Shown: positions 38,444 to 50,030, counted from the first letter of the stretch. The stretch is DNA of 64,000 nt from Alphaproteobacteria bacterium (GCA_965221125.1 CBDCRW010000005.1:544001-608000); one strand, 5' to 3'. Translations and numbers: made by a program. Notes: a model not told the origin generated them from the letters alone.

Positions 38444-39282
38444 GCGACGAGGCGGCGCGAAAGGCCCGCGCCTGCGCCTGGTTCGAGGCGCTGCGGGACG
38501 AGATCTGCGCCGCCTTCGAGGCGATCGAGGACGAGGCGGAGACGGCGGGCGACCGCTCCGGCCGCTTCGCGCGCAAGGCCTGGGAGCGCCCCGGCGGCGG
38601 CGGCGGGGTCATGGCCATCATGCGCGGCCGCGTGTTCGAGAAGGTGGGCGTCAACGTCTCCACCGTGCACGGCACCTTCTCCGAGACCTTCCGCCACAGG
38701 ATTGCCGGCGCGGCGGAGGACGGCCGCTTCTGGGCGAGCGGACTCTCGGTCGTGGCCCACATGCGCTCGCCGCTCGTGCCGGCGGTGCACATGAACACGC
38801 GCCACATCGTCACCAGCAGGTGGTGGTTCGGCGGCGGCAGCGACCTGACGCCCGCCTACCCAGACGAACGCGACACGGCGGATTTCCACGCGGCGCTGAG
38901 GGCGGCCTGCGAGCGCCACGACACGGCCTACTACCCGCGCTTCAAGGAATGGTGCGACCGCTACTTCCACCTCGCCCACCGCGACGAGCCGCGCGGCGTC
39001 GGCGGCATCTTCTACGACGACCTCAATACGGGTGACTGGGAGGCCGATTTTTGCTTCACCCAGGATGTCGGCCGCGCCTTCCTGGACGTCTACCCGGCCA
39101 TCGTGCGCCGCCGCATGGCGGAGCCCTGGACCGAGGAACAGCGCCAGCACCAGCTCGAGCGCCGCGGCCGCTACGTCGAGTTCAACCTGCTCTACGACCG
39201 AGGAACGCGCTTCGGGCTGGAGACCGGCGGCAACACCGAGGCGATCCTGATGTCGCTGCCGCCCGAGGTGCGCTGGCCCTAG
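38440..39282 (+). CDS. hemF: Oxygen-dependent coproporphyrinogen III oxidase
   Basis: [48 protein letters not shown]. Confidence 0.96.
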   Translation: MSDEAARKARACAWFEALRDEICAAFEAIEDEAETAGDRSGRFARKAWERPGGGGGVMAIMRGRVFEKVGVNVSTVHGTFSETFRHRIAGAAEDGRFWASGLSVVAHMRSPLVPAVHMNTRHIVTSRWWFGGGSDLTPAYPDERDTADFHAALRAACERHDTAYYPRFKEWCDRYFHLAHRDEPRGVGGIFYDDLNTGDWEADFCFTQDVGRAFLDVYPAIVRRRMAEPWTEEQRQHQLERRGRYVEFNLLYDRGTRFGLETGGNTEAILMSLPPEVRWP

Positions 39283-39428
39283 AGCGCGTCCGACTTTGAC
39301 GGACGCGCGACAGGCCGCGCCAGCGGCCCGCCGCGCATGCGGCGCCCTCGCGGAGGCGCCGGCCGAAGGTCGGCTGCCGTGAGCGATAAAGAATCAGAGC
39401 GTTTCCGCATAAAACGGAAACGCTCCAA
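39280..39428. repeat. RIME-like palindromic element, long copy
   Basis: TAGAGCGCGTCCG...CGGACGCGC hairpin at left, GAGCGTTTCCG...CGGAAACGCTC hairpin at right; related to 42663-42720 and 56750-56783. Confidence 0.72.
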
Positions 39429-39496
39429 GCGAAGCCGCCTCGCGCCGCCCGCCTGCGGCTCTTGCCGCGCTCGCCCCGCCCTCGTAGCGTATCCGC

Positions 39497-40774
39497 ATGG
39501 AACAGGCGGGAAACGGCGGAGCGGATACCGCAGCGCTCGGCGGCAAGCGGGTGCTGCTGCTGATCGCCGGCGGCATCGCTGCCTACAAGTGCCTCGACCT
39601 CATCAGGCGGCTTCGCGAAAACGGCGCCGGGGTGCGCTGCATCCTGACGCGGGCCGGCGCCGCGTTCGTCACCCCGCTCTCGGTCGAGACGCTGAGCGGC
39701 GAGACGGTTTTTTCCGACACGCTGGCGCTCACCGAGGAGAGCGACATCGCTCACATCCGGCTCGGGCAGGAGGCGGACATCATCGTGGTGGCGCCGGCGA
39801 CCGCCGACATCATGGCCAAGATGGCGCACGGCATCGCCGACGACCTGGCCACCTCCACTCTGCTTGCCACGGACAAGCCCGTGCTGGCGGCGCCCGCCAT
39901 GAACACGCGCATGTGGTTTCACCCGGCGACCCAGCGCAACCGCGCGCGGCTGGAGGCGGACGGCGTGCGCTTCGTCGGCCCGAATGACGGCCCGCTGGCG
40001 GAGGGCGAGAGCGGCCCCGGCCGCATGGCGGAGGTGCCGGAGATCGTGGCCGCCATCGCCGGGATGCTGGGCGGCACTCGGCCCCGCCCGCTCGCGGGCC
40101 TGCGCGTGCTCGTCACCAGCGGCCCGACCCATGAGCCCATCGACCCGGTGCGCTTCCTCGGCAACCGCTCCTCCGGCAAGCAGGGCCATGCCATCGCATC
40201 TGCCTGCGCCGATGCGGGCGCGGCCGTGCTGCTCGTTTCCGGCCCGACGCAACAGCCGGCGCCGGCCGGCGTCGAGACGGTGCAGATCGAGACGGCGGAC
40301 GAGATGCTGGCCGCCTGCGAGCAGGGTCTCCCGGCCGACATCGCCATCTGCGCGGCCGCGGTCTCCGACTGGCGGGCGGCGGCGCCCCGCACGAGCAAGC
40401 TCAAGAAAGGCGAAGGGGGAGACGGCCCGCCCACCCTGGAACTGGCCGAGAACCCGGACATCCTGGCCCGCCTCAGCGCCGCCGGGCCCGAGCACCCGCG
40501 CCTGGTCGTGGGTTTCGCCGCCGAGACCGAGGACCTGGAGGCGAACGCCACCGCCAAGCTCGCCGCCAAGGGCTGCGACTGGATCCTCGCCAACCGGGTG
40601 GCGGAGGGCGCGGTGTTCGGCGACGACGAAAACGACGTCTGCCTCCTGACGCGGGGCGCGGACGGCGAGCCGCCGGCGGTCGAGCGCTGGCCCCGCATGA
40701 GCAAGACCGAGGTGGCGGCGCGGTTGGTCGCGCGCATCGCAGACGCGCTTTCAGCCGACCAGGAGTCCGCATGA
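39497..40774 (+). CDS. coaBC: Bifunctional PPC decarboxylase/synthetase
   Basis: [39 protein letters not shown]. Confidence 0.96.
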   Translation: MEQAGNGGADTAALGGKRVLLLIAGGIAAYKCLDLIRRLRENGAGVRCILTRAGAAFVTPLSVETLSGETVFSDTLALTEESDIAHIRLGQEADIIVVAPATADIMAKMAHGIADDLATSTLLATDKPVLAAPAMNTRMWFHPATQRNRARLEADGVRFVGPNDGPLAEGESGPGRMAEVPEIVAAIAGMLGGTRPRPLAGLRVLVTSGPTHEPIDPVRFLGNRSSGKQGHAIASACADAGAAVLLVSGPTQQPAPAGVETVQIETADEMLAACEQGLPADIAICAAAVSDWRAAAPRTSKLKKGEGGDGPPTLELAENPDILARLSAAGPEHPRLVVGFAAETEDLEANATAKLAAKGCDWILANRVAEGAVFGDDENDVCLLTRGADGEPPAVERWPRMSKTEVAARLVARIADALSADQESA

Positions 40775-41253
40775 GCGAGGCGGTCGCGGCCGCGGTCACC
40801 GTCCAGCGCCTCGCCCACGCACGCGACCTGCCGCTGCCGCGCTACGCCAGCGCCGGCAGCGCCGGGCTCGACCTCCATGCCGCTTCCGGCCCGATCACGC
40901 TCGCGCCGGGCGCGCGCACCCGGATCGGGACCGGGATCGCGCTCGCGCTCCCCGAGGGCTTCGAGGGTCAGGTCCGGCCGCGCTCGGGCCTTGCGCTGAA
41001 GCACGGCGTGACCGTGCTCAACGCCCCCGGCACCATCGATTCCGATTACCGGGGCGAGATCGGCGTGCTGCTCGTCAATCTGGGCCCGAGCACCTTCGTC
41101 GTGGAGCGCGGCATGCGCATCGCCCAGCTCGTGATCGCGCCGGTCGCCCGCGCACATCTGGTCGAAGGCGATATCGACCCCACCGGCAGGGGCGCTGGCG
41201 GCTTCGGCTCGACCGGGCCCGGCCCCGAAGGCGGGGAGGGTCCACGGTCGTGA
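40771..41253 (+). CDS. dut: dUTP diphosphatase
   Basis: [32 protein letters not shown]. Confidence 0.96.
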   Translation: MSEAVAAAVTVQRLAHARDLPLPRYASAGSAGLDLHAASGPITLAPGARTRIGTGIALALPEGFEGQVRPRSGLALKHGVTVLNAPGTIDSDYRGEIGVLLVNLGPSTFVVERGMRIAQLVIAPVARAHLVEGDIDPTGRGAGGFGSTGPGPEGGEGPRS

Positions 41254-41343
41254 GCGAACGTCGTTGATCGCATGCGGCGCCCGTTGCACAATGCCCTGCC
41301 GGTGCCGGAGGGCGCGGAGCCGGCTGCGAATGGGGAGCGGAGC

Positions 41344-41619
41344 ATGACGATGAGGCGCAGAGGTCGGTTTGGTGTTGGGGCCGTGCTGTCCATGGCGTTT
41401 GTCGCAGGCTTGGCGGTCGCGGCGGTCGCGAGCCACGGCGCCGGCGAGGCGCGCGCGGACGACCACCAGATCGAGCTGGTTTCGATCGAGGCGGAAGACG
41501 GCAAGGCTCAGTCGAGCATCGACCAGGCGCAAGCCACGCACGTTGCGTCCACGGCCGTCGAAGAGGCCGACACCCCGAAGGTCATGAAGAAGAGCAGCTG
41601 CCCGAGAGCCTCCAAGTAA
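41344..41619 (+). CDS. Small putative secreted protein
   Basis: Basic N-terminus, hydrophobic stretch and A-R-A cleavage-like site; GGAG upstream. Confidence 0.5.
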   Translation: MTMRRRGRFGVGAVLSMAFVAGLAVAAVASHGAGEARADDHQIELVSIEAEDGKAQSSIDQAQATHVASTAVEEADTPKVMKKSSCPRASK

Positions 41620-41680
41620 CACGGTCGGCGGCCGACTGCCGCCGCCCGTAAGAGTGCGTTTACCCAGCCCCCCCCCTTGC

Positions 41681-41845
41681 TTGGCGCGGCTGGAGGGCAT
41701 CCCGGTGGGCATCTCGTCCGGCGCCGCAATCGCCGCGGCGCTCCAGGTCGGCGCACGGGAGGAGATGGCGGGCAAGCGCGTCCTCGTCATCGTGCCGTCC
41801 TTCGCCGAGCGCTACCTGTCGACCGACCTCTTCGCCGGGATGTAG
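41681..41845 (+). pseudogene. cysK: C-terminal remnant of cysteine synthase A
   Basis: [16 protein letters not shown]...[16 protein letters not shown] is the CysK C-terminus; upstream ~85% of the gene is absent. Confidence 0.85.
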
Positions 41846-41850
41846 GACCT

Positions 41851-42666
41851 ATGTTCAACGAACGCCAGCTCGAACGCTACGCCCGCCACATCCTGCTGCA
41901 GGAGGTGGGCGGGCCCGGCCAACAGAAGCTGCTGGAGTCCAAGGTGCTGGTCGTGGGCGCGGGCGGACTCGGCTCGCCGCTCATGCTCTATCTCGCGGCG
42001 GCGGGCGTCGGCACCATCGGCGTGGTCGACGACGACGCGGTGGCTCTCTCCAACCTGCAGCGGCAGATCGCCCATACCGAGGCCCGCATCGGCGATCTCA
42101 AGACCGAGAGCGCGGCCGAGACCGTGGCGCGGATCAACCCGGAGGTGACGGTCGAGCGTCACCCCGTCCGCCTCGGCCCGGACAACGCCATGGACCTGAT
42201 CGGGCGCTACGACCTCGTCGCTGACGGCAGCGACAACTTCGCGACGCGCTTCCTCATCAACGATGCCTGCTACCTGTCGCAAACGCCCCTGGTCTCGGCC
42301 TCGATCCTGCGCTTCGACGGCCAGCTCGCGACCTTCAAGGCGCATCTCGGCGGCGACAACCCGTGCTATCGCTGCATCTTCCCCGAAGCGCCGCCGCCGG
42401 GGCTGATCCCGTCCTGCGCCGAGGGCGGAATCCTGGGCGCCGTCGCCGGCTCCATGGGCTCGCTGCAGGCGACCGAGGTGCTGAAGGAGCTGCTGGGGAT
42501 CGGCGAGAGCCTGTCGGGCAGTCTGATCGTCTACGACGGGCTCGCCGCGGTCTTCCGCAAGATCAAGGTGAAGCCCGATCCGGCCTGCGCGCTCTGCGGC
42601 GCCCAGCCCACCATCGTCGATCTCTCGGGCCACGTGGGTGCCAACGCAGAGCACTGCGCGGCTTAG
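41851..42666 (+). CDS. moeB: Molybdopterin-synthase adenylyltransferase MoeB/ThiF family
   Basis: RYARH, GAGGLG, SNLQRQ, DGSDNF, CYRC, CALC. Confidence 0.92.
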   Translation: MFNERQLERYARHILLQEVGGPGQQKLLESKVLVVGAGGLGSPLMLYLAAAGVGTIGVVDDDAVALSNLQRQIAHTEARIGDLKTESAAETVARINPEVTVERHPVRLGPDNAMDLIGRYDLVADGSDNFATRFLINDACYLSQTPLVSASILRFDGQLATFKAHLGGDNPCYRCIFPEAPPPGLIPSCAEGGILGAVAGSMGSLQATEVLKELLGIGESLSGSLIVYDGLAAVFRKIKVKPDPACALCGAQPTIVDLSGHVGANAEHCAA

Positions 42667-42720
42667 AGCGTTTCTCGGTCGCGGCCTGTCGCGCGTCCGT
42701 GCACGACAGACGCGCTCTAA
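42663..42720. repeat. RIME-like palindromic element, short inverted copy
   Basis: Reverse complement matches the left ~40 bp and right end of 39280-39428; ends TTAGAGCG/CGCTCTAA. Confidence 0.75.
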
Positions 42721-43724
42721 TCTCCGGCGCTCACCACGCGGATCATCTCGTCGCGGGTGAAGCGCGGCACCGCACCGCCTGTGGAGAAGCCGACGCCGCT
42801 CCCCGCCTCGGCGCGGGCGATGGGCGCACAGGCGAAACCCTCGTCCGCAAGCGTCGCGCGCGCCGTCTCGGCGGCACCGGCGGGGAAGGCCGCGAGCAGC
42901 GCGCCGGAGGCGAGCAGGCCCCAGGGGTCGATGCCGAGCGCTTCGGCCATCGCGCGGCCCGGCTCGTACCAGAGGACGGCGTCGGCGGCGACCACGAGCC
43001 GGATGCCCGCCGTCTCCGCCATCTCGTAGAGCCCGGCCGAGAGCCCGCCCTCGGTCGGGTCGTGCATGGCGGTGGCGCCGAGCGCGGCGGCCCGAAGCGC
43101 CGCGTCCACCACCGAGATGCCGGGCTTGGTCAGCGCGCCCGCGCCCGCCGCCAGCATCGCCGGCGCCACCCTGCCCTCGAGCTGCGCGCCCGCCTCGGCG
43201 GCGAGCACCGCGGCGCCCTCCACCGGCGCGGGGCCGATCTGCAACACCACGTGCCCCGGCTCCAGCGCGGCCGTGCGGGCGAAGCCGCCGTCCTCCCGCA
43301 GGCCCATCATGTGGCCCACGACCACGGTGCGGCGCACCGCGTCGGTGATCTCGACGTGGCCGCCCACCAGCACCGCGTCGAGCGCTGCCAGCGCCTCGTG
43401 CATGCGCCGGTAGAGCACGCGCACGTCCGCCTCCGTGGTCCCCGGCGGCAGCAGGACCGTCGCGGTGAACCAGCGCGGCCGCGCACCCATGACCGCGATG
43501 TCGTTCGCGTTCACGAGCACCGCATGGGCGCCCACGTCCTGTCCGGTGAGCGTCACCGGATCGCTCGCGGCGATCAGCGCGCCGCGCTCGACGGCGACGA
43601 CGCCCGCGTCCTCGCCCACCGTCGGCGCCAGCAGAAGCTCGGGTGGCACGGGCCGCCCTGTCACCAGCACCTCTGCCAGCAGCGCAGGCGGCAGCTTGCC
43701 GACTTCGAGAACCTCGTCGCTCAT
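42717..43724 (-). CDS. AIR synthase-related (PurM/HypE-like) protein
   Basis: GKLP, GEDAG, SDP, NANDIA, GGHVE, MHDPTEGG, ASGALL. Confidence 0.85.
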   Translation of the reverse strand: MSDEVLEVGKLPPALLAEVLVTGRPVPPELLLAPTVGEDAGVVAVERGALIAASDPVTLTGQDVGAHAVLVNANDIAVMGARPRWFTATVLLPPGTTEADVRVLYRRMHEALAALDAVLVGGHVEITDAVRRTVVVGHMMGLREDGGFARTAALEPGHVVLQIGPAPVEGAAVLAAEAGAQLEGRVAPAMLAAGAGALTKPGISVVDAALRAAALGATAMHDPTEGGLSAGLYEMAETAGIRLVVAADAVLWYEPGRAMAEALGIDPWGLLASGALLAAFPAGAAETARATLADEGFACAPIARAEAGSGVGFSTGGAVPRFTRDEMIRVVSAGD

Positions 43725-43816
43725 GTCACAGATCTCACACGATTCGCCGCCACTGAAGACCACGGCAGCGGCATGTAACAGACAACCGGGGCGTGTGCCA
43801 CCACCCCGCGGGCGCG

Positions 43817-45511
43817 TCAGCCGTCCGACGCCCCCGCGACGACCGCGAGTGGCGCGAAGGCATCGATATCGCTCACCACGTCGATCACCGCCGGCCGTCC
43901 GGCAGCGAAGGCGGTTTCCAGCGCGCCGGGGATGTCGGCGGGTTTTTCGACACGCAGGCCCAGCGCTCCCATGGCCTCGGCGATCGTGGCGAAGTCGACG
44001 TCGCTGTAGGTCCAGAGCTCGCGCCCCTGCTCGGTCTGCTGTCCGCCGTAGGCGCGGTCGAAGCCGGGCGCCCCCTGGTTGCCCGAGCTGTTGTTGTTCA
44101 CCAAGGTGACCGTGTTGATGCCGCAGCGGACGGCGGTCTCGATCTCGCCGAGGTGGTACCAGAAGCCGGCATCGCCGGTGAAGACGAAGACCGGGCGCTC
44201 CGGCGCGGCGCACTTCGCGCCGAGGCCCGCCGGGAAGGCCCAGCCGAGATGGCCGGCGCTCCGGATGTAGCTCTGCCGCGGCGAGCGCAGGTCGTACATC
44301 CCGCCCATCCACATACCGGAGTGCCCGGTGTCGGCCATGACGATGGCGTCCGCGGGCAGGTGCCGGGAAAGCTCGTGGCAGATGCGCTCCGGCCTGATGG
44401 GCACGGCGTCGGACTCCAGAAGCGGCCGGTAGCGCGCGCGCCAGTCGTCCACGATCCCGCGCGCGCGGGCCGTCCACGGCGCGCGGCGCTCTGCTGAACG
44501 GGTGTCGGCATGGTCGAGCATCCAGGCGAGCGCCAGCTTCGCGTCGGCGCAGACCGCCGCTTCGAGCGGGTAGTTGCGGCCGAGGGACTGGGGCTCGATG
44601 TCGATCTGCACCGCCGGCGTGCCGATGGGCGGCACCTGCCAGAAGTGCGTGGTCATGCCGCCGGTCTCGGAGCCGACGAAACAGACGAGGTCGGCCTCGC
44701 CCACGACCCGGTTGGCGGTCTCGCGGGAGTAGGTGCCGACCACGCCGACCGAGAGCGGATGATCGCCGGGAATGGTGTCCTTGCCGTGGAGCGAGGTCGC
44801 GACCGGGACGGCGAGGCGCTCGGCGAGCGCCACCAATTCCGCCGCCGCGCCCGATGCGCGCACGCCGCCGCCCGCGACGAAGACGGGCCGCTCGGCCGCC
44901 TCGATGGCCGCGAGCGCGGCGCGGGCGTGCTCCGGGTCGGGCGGGGGCCTGAAGGGCGGGACGCGCGCGAACAGGGCTTCCGCCAGCGGCTCCATCTCCG
45001 CTTCCTCGTAGTCGATCTGCCCCTCGTTGCCCCGGAACTGCAGGTGCACCGGGCCGGGCTTGCCCGAGACGGCGACGCGGAAGGCCTGGCGCACCAGGTC
45101 GGGTATGCGCGTCACCTCGTCCACGGTCGCGTTGAACTTGGTTACCGGCTCGAACGCGGGCACGTCGTCCAGGTCCTGGTACGCCTTGCGGAACTTGGTG
45201 TGCGGGTCGCGCCCGCCGGTCATGGCGATCACCGGCGCGTTGGCGAGATGCGCGTCGCGCAGGCCGGCGGCGAGGTTGAGCGCGCCCACCACCTGCGCCA
45301 TGCAGATGCCGGGCCGGCCGCAGGCGCGCGCGTAACCGTCGGCCATGTAGGCGGCCGCCTTCTCGGCGTGGACCTGGATGCGTCGGATCGACGTCCGCCG
45401 CTCCATTTCGGCCAGCGTGGGCCGCAGGACCGACGGCACCATGAAGACATGCGTGACGCCGTAGCCCTGCAGCATCTCCGCCAGCACGTCCGCGCCCGTT
45501 CGCTTTACCAT
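43817..45511 (-). CDS. Thiamine diphosphate-dependent enzyme (acetolactate synthase-like)
   Basis: EKAAAYMADGYAR, PGPVHL, GDAGF...NN ThDP motif. Confidence 0.9.
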   Translation of the reverse strand: MVKRTGADVLAEMLQGYGVTHVFMVPSVLRPTLAEMERRTSIRRIQVHAEKAAAYMADGYARACGRPGICMAQVVGALNLAAGLRDAHLANAPVIAMTGGRDPHTKFRKAYQDLDDVPAFEPVTKFNATVDEVTRIPDLVRQAFRVAVSGKPGPVHLQFRGNEGQIDYEEAEMEPLAEALFARVPPFRPPPDPEHARAALAAIEAAERPVFVAGGGVRASGAAAELVALAERLAVPVATSLHGKDTIPGDHPLSVGVVGTYSRETANRVVGEADLVCFVGSETGGMTTHFWQVPPIGTPAVQIDIEPQSLGRNYPLEAAVCADAKLALAWMLDHADTRSAERRAPWTARARGIVDDWRARYRPLLESDAVPIRPERICHELSRHLPADAIVMADTGHSGMWMGGMYDLRSPRQSYIRSAGHLGWAFPAGLGAKCAAPERPVFVFTGDAGFWYHLGEIETAVRCGINTVTLVNNNSSGNQGAPGFDRAYGGQQTEQGRELWTYSDVDFATIAEAMGALGLRVEKPADIPGALETAFAAGRPAVIDVVSDIDAFAPLAVVAGASDG

Positions 45512-45626
45512 TGCCGAGGGTCCCCTTGTGGCTATCGCGCGTTCGCTTTGCGCGCGTTCGTGGCGTCACAATCCTGCTCGCGGCGCATCCTGTCACATCT
45601 GCCGCCGCAGCGAAGCCCGGTTGGCG

Positions 45627-45654
45627 TTGACTCGCGGGCGGGCGCGGTGGTAAT
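45627..45654 (+). promoter_or_regulatory. Candidate sigma70 promoter for rpsM operon
   Basis: TTGACT-16 bp-GGTAAT ~70 bp upstream of rpsM. Confidence 0.45.
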
Positions 45655-45721
45655 GACCCATCGCCAAGGCGCGCGGCGCAGGCATCGCCGCGCGCCTTTC
45701 CCCCATTGAGGAGGCTCCAGC

Positions 45722-46090
45722 GTGGCGCGCATTGCTGGCGTCAACATCCCGACCAACAAGCGGGTCGAGATATCGTTGACCTACATCCACGGTATCGGGC
45801 GCACCAAGGCCCGGCAGATTCGCGAGACGGTCGGGCTCCCGCCGGAGAAGCGGGTGAGCCAGCTCAGCGATGCGGAGGTCATCCGCATCCGCGAGGTGAT
45901 CGACCAGAGCTACGTGGTCGAAGGCGACCTGCGGCGCGAGGTGGCCATGAACATCAAGCGGCTCATGGATCTCGGCACCTACCGGGGGCTCCGGCATCGG
46001 CGCGGCTTGCCGGTGCGCGGTCAGCGCACCCACACCAACGCACGCACCCGCAAGGGGCCGGCGCGCCCGATTGCGGGCAAGAAGAAGTAG
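45722..46090 (+). CDS. rpsM: 30S ribosomal protein S13
   Basis: [35 protein letters not shown]. Confidence 0.98.
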   Translation: MARIAGVNIPTNKRVEISLTYIHGIGRTKARQIRETVGLPPEKRVSQLSDAEVIRIREVIDQSYVVEGDLRREVAMNIKRLMDLGTYRGLRHRRGLPVRGQRTHTNARTRKGPARPIAGKKK

Positions 46091-46102
46091 AGGGCAGCGA
46101 AC

Positions 46103-46489
46103 ATGGCGAAGCCGACGCGCACGCGGCGCCGCGAGCGGAAGAACATCTCCTCCGGCATCGCCCATGTCAGCGCCACCTTCAACAGCACGATGATCACCAT
46201 CACCGACGTCCAGGGCAACGCGATCGCCTGGTCGTCGGCCGGCAGCATGGGCTTTCGCGGCTCGCGCAAGTCGACCCCCTACGCCGCCCAGATGGCGGCG
46301 GAGGAAGCCGGCCGCAAGGCCGCCGAGCACGGCGTGAAGTCGCTCGAGGTCGAGATCAAGGGTCCGGGCTCGGGCCGCGAATCGGCGCTGCGCGCGCTGC
46401 AGAGTGCAGGCTTCGTGATCACCGCGATCCGCGATGTCACGCCGATCCCGCACAACGGATGCCGGCCGCCAAAGAGGCGGCGCGTCTGA
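46103..46489 (+). CDS. rpsK: 30S ribosomal protein S11
   Basis: [26 protein letters not shown]. Confidence 0.98.
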   Translation: MAKPTRTRRRERKNISSGIAHVSATFNSTMITITDVQGNAIAWSSAGSMGFRGSRKSTPYAAQMAAEEAGRKAAEHGVKSLEVEIKGPGSGRESALRALQSAGFVITAIRDVTPIPHNGCRPPKRRRV

Positions 46490-46571
46490 CGGCATCGCTC
46501 CGGCGCGCAGCCGCGCGCCACATCGCTCATCCGGCGGGCGAACAACCCATCACACGGGGACAGTCTGCGTC

Positions 46572-47585
46572 ATGAAGAAGAACTGGCAGGAACTCATCAA
46601 GCCGTCCAAGCTCGAAGTGACGCCGGAGGGCGATGGCTCCCGCTTCGCCCGTATCGTCGCCGAGCCGCTGGAGCGCGGCTACGGCATGACGCTCGGCAAC
46701 GCGCTCCGGCGCATCCTGCTGTCGTCGCTGCAGGGTGCTGCGGTCACCTCGATGCAGATCAACGGCGTGCTGCACGAGTTCTCCTCGCTTCAGGGCGTGC
46801 GCGAGGACATCACCGACATCGTGCTCAACCTGAAGCTGCTCGCGCTCCGCATGCACGGCGAGGGGCCGAAGCGGATGACGCTCAAGGCGTCCGGGCCGGG
46901 CGAGGTCACGGCGGCGCAGATTCAGGCCGGCCACGGCATCGAGATCGTCGATCCCGGCGTGGTGATCTGCACGCTCGACGAGAACGCGCAGATCGACATG
47001 GAGTTCATGGTCGAGACCGGCAAGGGCTACGTCCCCGCTGCGCAGAACCGCCCGGAGGACGCGCCGATCGGGCTGATCCCGGTCGATGCGCTCTACAGCC
47101 CGGTGCGCAAGGTCGCCTACAAGGTGGACAACACCCGCGTGGGCCAGGTGACCGACTACGACAAGCTGACCATGCGGGTCGAGACCAACGGCACCGTCTC
47201 GCCCGAGGATGCCATCGCGCTCGCCGCGCGGATCATCCAGGATCAGCTGCAGCTCTTCATCAACTTCGAGGAGCCGCACGAGCTGCCGCGCGCCGAAGAG
47301 GCGGTCGAGCCAGAGTTCAACCCGAACCTGCTGCGCAAGGTGGACGAGCTGGAGCTTTCGGTCCGCTCCGCCAACTGCCTCAAGAACGACAACATCATCT
47401 ACATCGGCGACCTGGTGCAGTACTCCGAAGCCGAGATGCTGCGGACGCCCAACTTCGGCCGCAAGTCGCTCAACGAGATCAAGGACGTGCTGGCCGGCAT
47501 GGGCCTCTATCTCGGCATGGAGCTCAGCGACTGGCCGCCCGAGAACATCGAGGAGCTGGCCAAGAGGCTGGACGAGCCCTACTAG
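46572..47585 (+). CDS. rpoA: RNA polymerase alpha subunit
   Basis: [43 protein letters not shown]. Confidence 0.98.
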   Translation: MKKNWQELIKPSKLEVTPEGDGSRFARIVAEPLERGYGMTLGNALRRILLSSLQGAAVTSMQINGVLHEFSSLQGVREDITDIVLNLKLLALRMHGEGPKRMTLKASGPGEVTAAQIQAGHGIEIVDPGVVICTLDENAQIDMEFMVETGKGYVPAAQNRPEDAPIGLIPVDALYSPVRKVAYKVDNTRVGQVTDYDKLTMRVETNGTVSPEDAIALAARIIQDQLQLFINFEEPHELPRAEEAVEPEFNPNLLRKVDELELSVRSANCLKNDNIIYIGDLVQYSEAEMLRTPNFGRKSLNEIKDVLAGMGLYLGMELSDWPPENIEELAKRLDEPY

Positions 47586-47620
47586 GGCGCGTACCGGGCC
47601 ACGCCGCAGGGGGACAAGCC

Positions 47621-48058
47621 ATGCGCCATCGACATGGCCAACGCAAGCTGAACCGGACGTCGAGCCACCGCCGCGCGATGTTCCGCAACATGGCGACGTC
47701 GCTGCTCAAGCACGAGCAGATCGAGACCACCGTGCCGAAGGCGAAGGAGCTGCGTGGCGTGGTCGAGCGCATGATCACGCTCGGCAAGCGCGGCGACCTC
47801 CACGCGCGCCGGCAGGCGCTGGGCTACCTCGTGGACGAGGCGGTGGTGCGCAAGCTGTTCGACACGCTGGGCCCCCGCTACGCCGAGCGCCCCGGCGGCT
47901 ACACGCGCGTGCTCAAGGCCGGCTTCCGCTACGGCGATTCCGCGCCCATGGCGATCATCGAGCTTGTCGAGCGGGACGAGGACGAGAAGGGCAAGGATTC
48001 CGGCCCCGTCCCCGGCGACGACGACGACGAGATCGAGGAGGAAGAGGCCGCCGCGTAA
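47621..48058 (+). CDS. rplQ: 50S ribosomal protein L17
   Basis: [21 protein letters not shown]. Confidence 0.98.
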   Translation: MRHRHGQRKLNRTSSHRRAMFRNMATSLLKHEQIETTVPKAKELRGVVERMITLGKRGDLHARRQALGYLVDEAVVRKLFDTLGPRYAERPGGYTRVLKAGFRYGDSAPMAIIELVERDEDEKGKDSGPVPGDDDDEIEEEEAAA

Positions 48059-48100
48059 GGCGTCGCGCGCCTCTCCACACCCCCCTCGACAGACCCCGAT

Positions 48101-48733
48101 TCAGGTCGGGAACACCTCTCGCAACTCGGCGACCTGCTCGTCCGTCAGCAGCCGCACCGGCGCGCCCCGCAGCAGCAGGTGCAGCTTCGCCGTCTCCTCC
48201 AACTCTTCCGCCGCATAGACCGCCGCGTCCAGCGCCTTCCCCGCCACCACGGGGCCGTGGTTGGCGAGCAGCACGGCGTGATGGTCTTCGGCGAAGTCGT
48301 ACACGGCCGAACCCAAGGCGCGGTCGCCCGGCCGGTAGTAGGGGATGAGCGGCAGCCGGCCCACGCGCATCACGTAGTAGGCCGTGAGCGGCGGCAGCAC
48401 GTCCGCCGGATCGACATCGGCGAGGCAGGAGACGGCGACCGAGCAGGTGCTGTGCAGATGTACGATGGCGCGCGCGTCCGGCCGGGCGCGGTACATCGAC
48501 TGGTGAAGGAAGGCCTCCTTCGACGGCGCATCGCCGGAGAGATGCGCACCGTCCGGCCCGAGCTTCGCGATCCGCGCGGGGTCGAGCCGGCCGAGGCAGG
48601 AGTTGGTGGGCGTCACCAGGATGCCATCGTCGAGCACGACGCTGATGTTGCCGGACGCGCCGCAGCCGTAGCCGCGCGTGAACAGGGATTCGCCGTGAAG
48701 GGCGATCTGCTCGCGAAGGGCGCTCTCGCTCAC
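48101..48733 (-). CDS. otnC: 3-oxo-tetronate 4-phosphate decarboxylase (class II aldolase)
   Basis: [39 protein letters not shown]; overlaps otnK stop. Confidence 0.85.
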   Translation of the reverse strand: MSESALREQIALHGESLFTRGYGCGASGNISVVLDDGILVTPTNSCLGRLDPARIAKLGPDGAHLSGDAPSKEAFLHQSMYRARPDARAIVHLHSTCSVAVSCLADVDPADVLPPLTAYYVMRVGRLPLIPYYRPGDRALGSAVYDFAEDHHAVLLANHGPVVAGKALDAAVYAAEELEETAKLHLLLRGAPVRLLTDEQVAELREVFPT

Positions 48734-50028
48734 GGCAGGACCGTGAACGCCCGGGTGAAGAAGTCCGGCCCGCCGAAGTTGCCGGACTTCAGCGCGAGGT
48801 GGAGCCGGGGCTCGCCCACGCTCATGGTCCAGGGCACGCCGGGGTCGATCTCGGCCCCGATGCGGAGCGCCTGCACGCCGAGCGCGCCGACCACCGCGCC
48901 TGCCGTCTCGCCGCCGGCCACCACCAGCCGGCCCACGCCCGCGTCCACGAGGCCGCGCGCGATACGGGCGAGGCAGCGCTCGATCATGGCGCCGGCCTTG
49001 TCCGCGCCGAGCCGCTTCTGAATCCGCCTGACCCGCGCGGGCGGAGCGCTCGCGTAGATCAGGACCGGCCCGTCGGCGAGCCTGGGCCGCGCCCAGGCCA
49101 GCGCCTCCGCCGCCACGCGCCGGCGCGCGGCGAGCGCCTCGGCATCGACGAAGAACGCCGGACACGACGCCGCCATGGTCTCGATCTGCCCGAGCGTCGC
49201 CGGCGAGCAGCTTCCGGCGATCACCGCCGCGTGCCCGCTCGACGCCGGCAGCGTGGCCGCCTCCCCCGCCGCAACGAGCAGCCCGGCCGCCCGGAAGTTC
49301 GCCGGCAATCCCATGGCGACGCCGGAGCCGCCCGTCATCAGCGGCAGGTTCGCGCACGCGGCGCCGATGGCCATGAGGTCCTCGTCGGCGATGGCATCGA
49401 CGACGGCGTGGCGCGCGCCGGCGCCCTGCAGCCCGTCGAGGGCGCGGCGGATGGCATCGGCGCCCTCGCGCACCGTCGCGTGCTCGACCAGCCCCACCGG
49501 GCGGGGCGTCTGCGCGCCCAGCACCGCCACGAGATTGGAGTCCCGCATGGGCGTCAGCGGGTGGTTGCGCATGCCCGAGTTCTCGAGCAGCACGTCGCCC
49601 ACGAAGAGGTGCCCCTTGTAGACGGTGCGCCCGTTGGTCGGGAAGGCCGGGCAGGCGATGGCGAGGCCGGCGCCGAGGTCGTCGAGCAGCGCGTCGGCCA
49701 CCGGCCCGATGTTGCCGCGCGGCGTGGAATCGAAGGTCGAGCAGTACTTGAAGAAGATCTGCCGCGCACCGCCTTGCTTCAGCCATGCGAGCGCCGCGCG
49801 GGACTCGCGAACGGCCTTGGCCGGCGCCACCGTGCGCGACTTGAGCGCGACCACCACGGCATCGGCATCGGGCACCGGGGTCTCCGCGCGCGGCACGCCG
49901 ATCACCTGGACCGTGCGCATGCCGCCCGCCACCAGCGTGTTGCAGAGGTCGGTCGCGCCGGTGAGGTCGTCGGCGATCGCGCCGAGCAGAAGCCCCGTTC
50001 TTCGCCGCCTGCCGCCGCGCCGCGCCAT
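48730..50028 (-). CDS. otnK: 3-oxo-tetronate kinase (four-carbon acid sugar kinase)
   Basis: IADDLTGATD, KYCSTFDST, HPLTPM, AGGET, LKSGNFG. Confidence 0.88.
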   Translation of the reverse strand: MARRGGRRRRTGLLLGAIADDLTGATDLCNTLVAGGMRTVQVIGVPRAETPVPDADAVVVALKSRTVAPAKAVRESRAALAWLKQGGARQIFFKYCSTFDSTPRGNIGPVADALLDDLGAGLAIACPAFPTNGRTVYKGHLFVGDVLLENSGMRNHPLTPMRDSNLVAVLGAQTPRPVGLVEHATVREGADAIRRALDGLQGAGARHAVVDAIADEDLMAIGAACANLPLMTGGSGVAMGLPANFRAAGLLVAAGEAATLPASSGHAAVIAGSCSPATLGQIETMAASCPAFFVDAEALAARRRVAAEALAWARPRLADGPVLIYASAPPARVRRIQKRLGADKAGAMIERCLARIARGLVDAGVGRLVVAGGETAGAVVGALGVQALRIGAEIDPGVPWTMSVGEPRLHLALKSGNFGGPDFFTRAFTVLP

Positions 50029-50030
50029 GG

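Noticed and set aside
45722-48058. rpsD missing from the alpha operon
   Set aside because: Normal for Alphaproteobacteria
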